DNA of 63,978 bases, counting the filler, from Octopus bimaculoides (taxonomy: Eukaryota), in the NCBI RefSeq assembly GCF_001194135.2. It is 4 parts of 4 records of this genome, joined end to end, with 100 filler letters (N's around TTAATTAATTAA, not from the genome) between each part and the next. Parts side by side here need not be neighbours in the genome. Positions count along the whole stretch, not along the records: positions 53,641 to 63,978 come from NC_069008.1; 3 more parts are not named here. One strand, 5' to 3'. The position numbers were made by a program, and so were the translations under genes. Shown one piece after another: positions 60,600-63,978 of the stretch; position 1 is the stretch's first letter; every line of letters begins with the position of its first letter. The notes under the pieces were generated by a model. That model had not been told where the DNA came from. It saw only the letters and a list, made by a program, of their open reading frames with translations, and did not search any database.

Positions 60600-62396
60600 A
60601 TGGAAAACAGTGAAAAGCTTAAAGAATTGATTTCCCATGAAGACAAGATAAAAGAGAGACGAAAGTTGTCATATGACTGTGATGTCTGTGGAAAATCATT
60701 CTCTCAAAAGAGCGACTTAACTAGGCACAAAAGTATTCATACAGCAGAGAAACCATATCATTGTGATATCTGTGGTAAATCATTCTCTCGAAATAGCCAC
60801 TTAAATGAACACAAACCTATTCATACAGGAAAAAAGTTATATCAGTGTGACATCTGTGATAAATCATTCGTTGAATGTCAAAAATTAACTTTGCATAAGC
60901 GTATTCACTCAGAAGAGAAGCCATATTATTGTGATGTCTGTGGTAAATCATTCTCTCGAAATAGTTATTTAAGTTTGCACAAACGTGTTCATACAGGGGA
61001 GAGACCACATCAGTGTGATATCTGTGGTNNNNNNNNNNNNNNNNNNNNNNNNNNNNNNNNNNNNNNNNNNNNNNNNNNNNNNNNNNNNNNNNNNNNNNNN
61101 NNNNNNNNNNNNNNNNNNNNNNNNNNNNNNNNNNNNNNNNNNNNNNNNNNNNNNNNNNNNNNNNNNNNNNNNNNNNNNNNNNNNNNNNNNNNNNNNNNNN
61201 NNNNNNNNNNNNNNNNNNNNNNNNNNNNNNNNNNNNNNNNNNNNNNNNNNNNNNNNNNNNNNNNNNNNNCACATATACGTATTCATACAGGAGAGAAGCC
61301 ATATCATTGTGATATTTGTGGTAAACTATTCACTAACAGTAGTGAGATAACTGCCCACAAACGTATTCATACAGGAGAGAGACCATATCATTGTGATATC
61401 TGTGGTAAATCATTTACTGTTGGTAGTGCTTTGACTTATCACAAACGTCTTCATTCTGGAGAAAGCCCATATCATTGTGATATATGTGGCAAATCATTCT
61501 CTTACAATAGTAACTTAACTGCACACAAACATAGTCATACAGGAGAGAAACCATATGATTGTGAGGTCTGTGGTAAATCATTCTCTGAAAATAGTGCTTT
61601 AACCAAACACAAACGTATTCATACAGGTGAGAAACCATATCATTGTGATATCTGTGGTAAATCATTCTCTCAAAATAGTGCTTTGACTTATCACAAACGT
61701 GTTCATTCAGGAGAGAGACCATATCATTGTGATATCTGTGGTAAATCATTCTCTTACAACAGTACCTTAACTGCACACAAACATATTCATACAGGAGAGA
61801 AGCGATATCATTGTGATATCTGTGGTAAATCATTCTTTGAAAATAGTGCTTTAATGAAACACAGACGTATTCATACAGGAGAGAAACCATATCACTGTGA
61901 TATTTGTGACAAATCATTCACTGTCAAAAGTGCTTTAACTTCACACAAGCGTCTTCATTCAGGAGAGAGGCCATATCAGTGTGACGTCTGTGACAAATCA
62001 TTCACTATCAGCAGTTCTTTAACTGTACACAGACGTATTCATACAGGAGAGAGACCATATCATTGTGATGTCTGTGGTAAATCCTTCAATAAGAGTAATA
62101 CTTTAACTAAACATAAACGTATTCACACAGGCGAAAAACCATTTCACTGTGAAATCTGTGGCAAATCATTCACTGAAAATGGCAGCTTAACTACACACAA
62201 ACGTATTCATACAGGAGAGCGACCATATCATTGTGATATCTGTGGTAAATCATTCTCTAACAGTAGTCACTTAATTGTACATAAACGTATTCATACAGGA
62301 GAGAAACCATATCACTGTGATATCTGTGGTAGATCATTCAATGAAAGTGGTAAACTAATTATACACAAACGTATTCATACAGGGGAGAGAGCATAG
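60600..62396 (+). CDS. Tandem C2H2 (Kruppel-type) zinc-finger protein, single coding exon; 17 complete fingers visible plus fingers lost in the gap 61029-61269
   Basis: ATG at 60600 (MENSEKL...); repeated C-x2-C-GKSF-x5-L-x2-H-x3-H with TGE(K/R)PY linkers (4 before the gap, 13 after); TAG at 62394; no KRAB/BTB-like N-terminal domain seen. Confidence 0.93.
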   Translation: MENSEKLKELISHEDKIKERRKLSYDCDVCGKSFSQKSDLTRHKSIHTAEKPYHCDICGKSFSRNSHLNEHKPIHTGKKLYQCDICDKSFVECQKLTLHKRIHSEEKPYYCDVCGKSFSRNSYLSLHKRVHTGERPHQCDICGXXXXXXXXXXXXXXXXXXXXXXXXXXXXXXXXXXXXXXXXXXXXXXXXXXXXXXXXXXXXXXXXXXXXXXXXXXXXXXXXXHIRIHTGEKPYHCDICGKLFTNSSEITAHKRIHTGERPYHCDICGKSFTVGSALTYHKRLHSGESPYHCDICGKSFSYNSNLTAHKHSHTGEKPYDCEVCGKSFSENSALTKHKRIHTGEKPYHCDICGKSFSQNSALTYHKRVHSGERPYHCDICGKSFSYNSTLTAHKHIHTGEKRYHCDICGKSFFENSALMKHRRIHTGEKPYHCDICDKSFTVKSALTSHKRLHSGERPYQCDVCDKSFTISSSLTVHRRIHTGERPYHCDVCGKSFNKSNTLTKHKRIHTGEKPFHCEICGKSFTENGSLTTHKRIHTGERPYHCDICGKSFSNSSHLIVHKRIHTGEKPYHCDICGRSFNESGKLIIHKRIHTGERA

Positions 62397-62615
62397 CATT
62401 ATGATATCTGTGGTAAATCATTTATATCATTCTCTATAAATAAGATCTTAACTAGACACAAGCATATTCATATCAGAGAAACCATATCTAAGTGATGTCA
62501 GCTAAATCATTGTCTGACCATCGTGCCTTGACTTCACGCAAACGTATTCATTTCACTGATAAATCATTCACTGAAAATAGTAAATTAACTGCACACAAAT
62601 GTATTCATACAGGGA
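62397..62615 (+). pseudogene. Decayed zinc-finger repeats downstream of the stop codon
   Basis: GATATCTGTGGTAAATCATT, CGTATTCAT and ACTGCACACAAATGTATTCATACAGGG with indels. Confidence 0.8.
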
Positions 62616-63148
62616 AGAAAGGAAAAGGCTACTTTGCATGGCTTCTTTTGTAAACTTCTTTTTCTTTTTAATATTCCTGTGTGTCGTGTAATTGACATTA
62701 TGACTGAAAATATTTTTTCCTGAAATGTGAGGTTTTTTTTTTTCTTTCCTTTTAAAATTTCTCCTTGCTTCCATTCCAGTTTCATTTCCCATGATTTAGG
62801 GACCTCTATACTGATATCCACCTGGCAACCCTACACATGGATTTGTTGAACATCACTTCCCTAATCTTCTGTATATTTATTATTAAATTCTAAATACTTT
62901 ACTCACTAAATATGTCTGCAATTATGTATGTTATGTTTTTTTGAAACACAGAAATGCAATAAGTTTGTCAAATATATAAACGACCTCCAGTACAAAATGG
63001 AAAACACCATAAAAACCATGGGGCATAACTATGGTTTAGGGCCCTACAGCAAACTGTTTTCTCGTAACATTCTGAAGAATTGTTTTTTTTTTTTTAATTA
63101 AACTTAGTAGATTTAAGTTTTCAAGGGTCTAGATTACAATTATCTTAA

Positions 63149-63761
<613 letters not shown>

Positions 63762-63978
63762 GAGAGAGAGAGAGAGAGAAGGCGAGAGATAACTGACATG
63801 TGTTTTTAAGGGAGGGTGGAAGAGAGATAGAGAGAGTGTGTGTGTGTTTATGTTTGCTTTTTTTTCTTTTTCCCTGCTGTTTGCTGCTTAAACACAGCAA
63901 AGAAATCGCGGTCTCTATCTCTTTCGCGTCCTTTTCCTCTTGCCTTACGGAAAATGCCGAATTGATGTAAACAAACGC

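Noticed and set aside
61029-61269. Zinc-finger ORF stays in frame across the N gap, giving 603 aa
   Set aside because: The gap spans 81 codons, but finger geometry needs 11+28n (67 or 95). The frame match is coincidental and the true length is unknown.
60817-61917. Long antisense and alternate-frame ORFs over the zinc-finger gene
   Set aside because: They are a by-product of the 84-bp periodic codon pattern.
60660-62400. Regular 84-bp repeats as a possible CRISPR-like array
   Set aside because: They are coding C2H2 finger repeats; the genome is eukaryotic and no cas genes or unique spacers are present.

Overview
This is AT-rich, microsatellite- and transposon-dense eukaryotic DNA, most likely octopus (inferred from the SINE families and the tandem C2H2 zinc-finger gene style; no database search was possible). 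It is not one contiguous locus. Three identical 100-bp synthetic spacers (44 N + TTAATTAATTAA + 44 N, at 30285, 32013 and 53541) join four blocks. Block 1 (1-30284) holds 11 small plus-strand exons that splice in frame into about 533 aa of a CFAP47-like ciliary protein, cut off at the first join. Block 2 is short and non-coding. Block 3 (32113-53540) is mostly decayed transposons: Helitron, RTE, Gypsy LTR element with a Penelope-like insert carrying a hammerhead-like motif, R4/Dong, Chapaev3-like, hAT, mariner and a fold-back MITE. Block 4 (53641-63978) has a C2H2 zinc-finger gene with at least 17 fingers, signs of a tandem paralog just outside the block, and a piggyBac-like insertion. I found no convincing wholly new biological system. 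The most interesting signals are the hammerhead-like motif, the zinc-finger duplication structure, a mariner with two left ends and an LTR flanked by both PPT and PBS. Family names come from remembered motifs and need HMM/BLAST confirmation.
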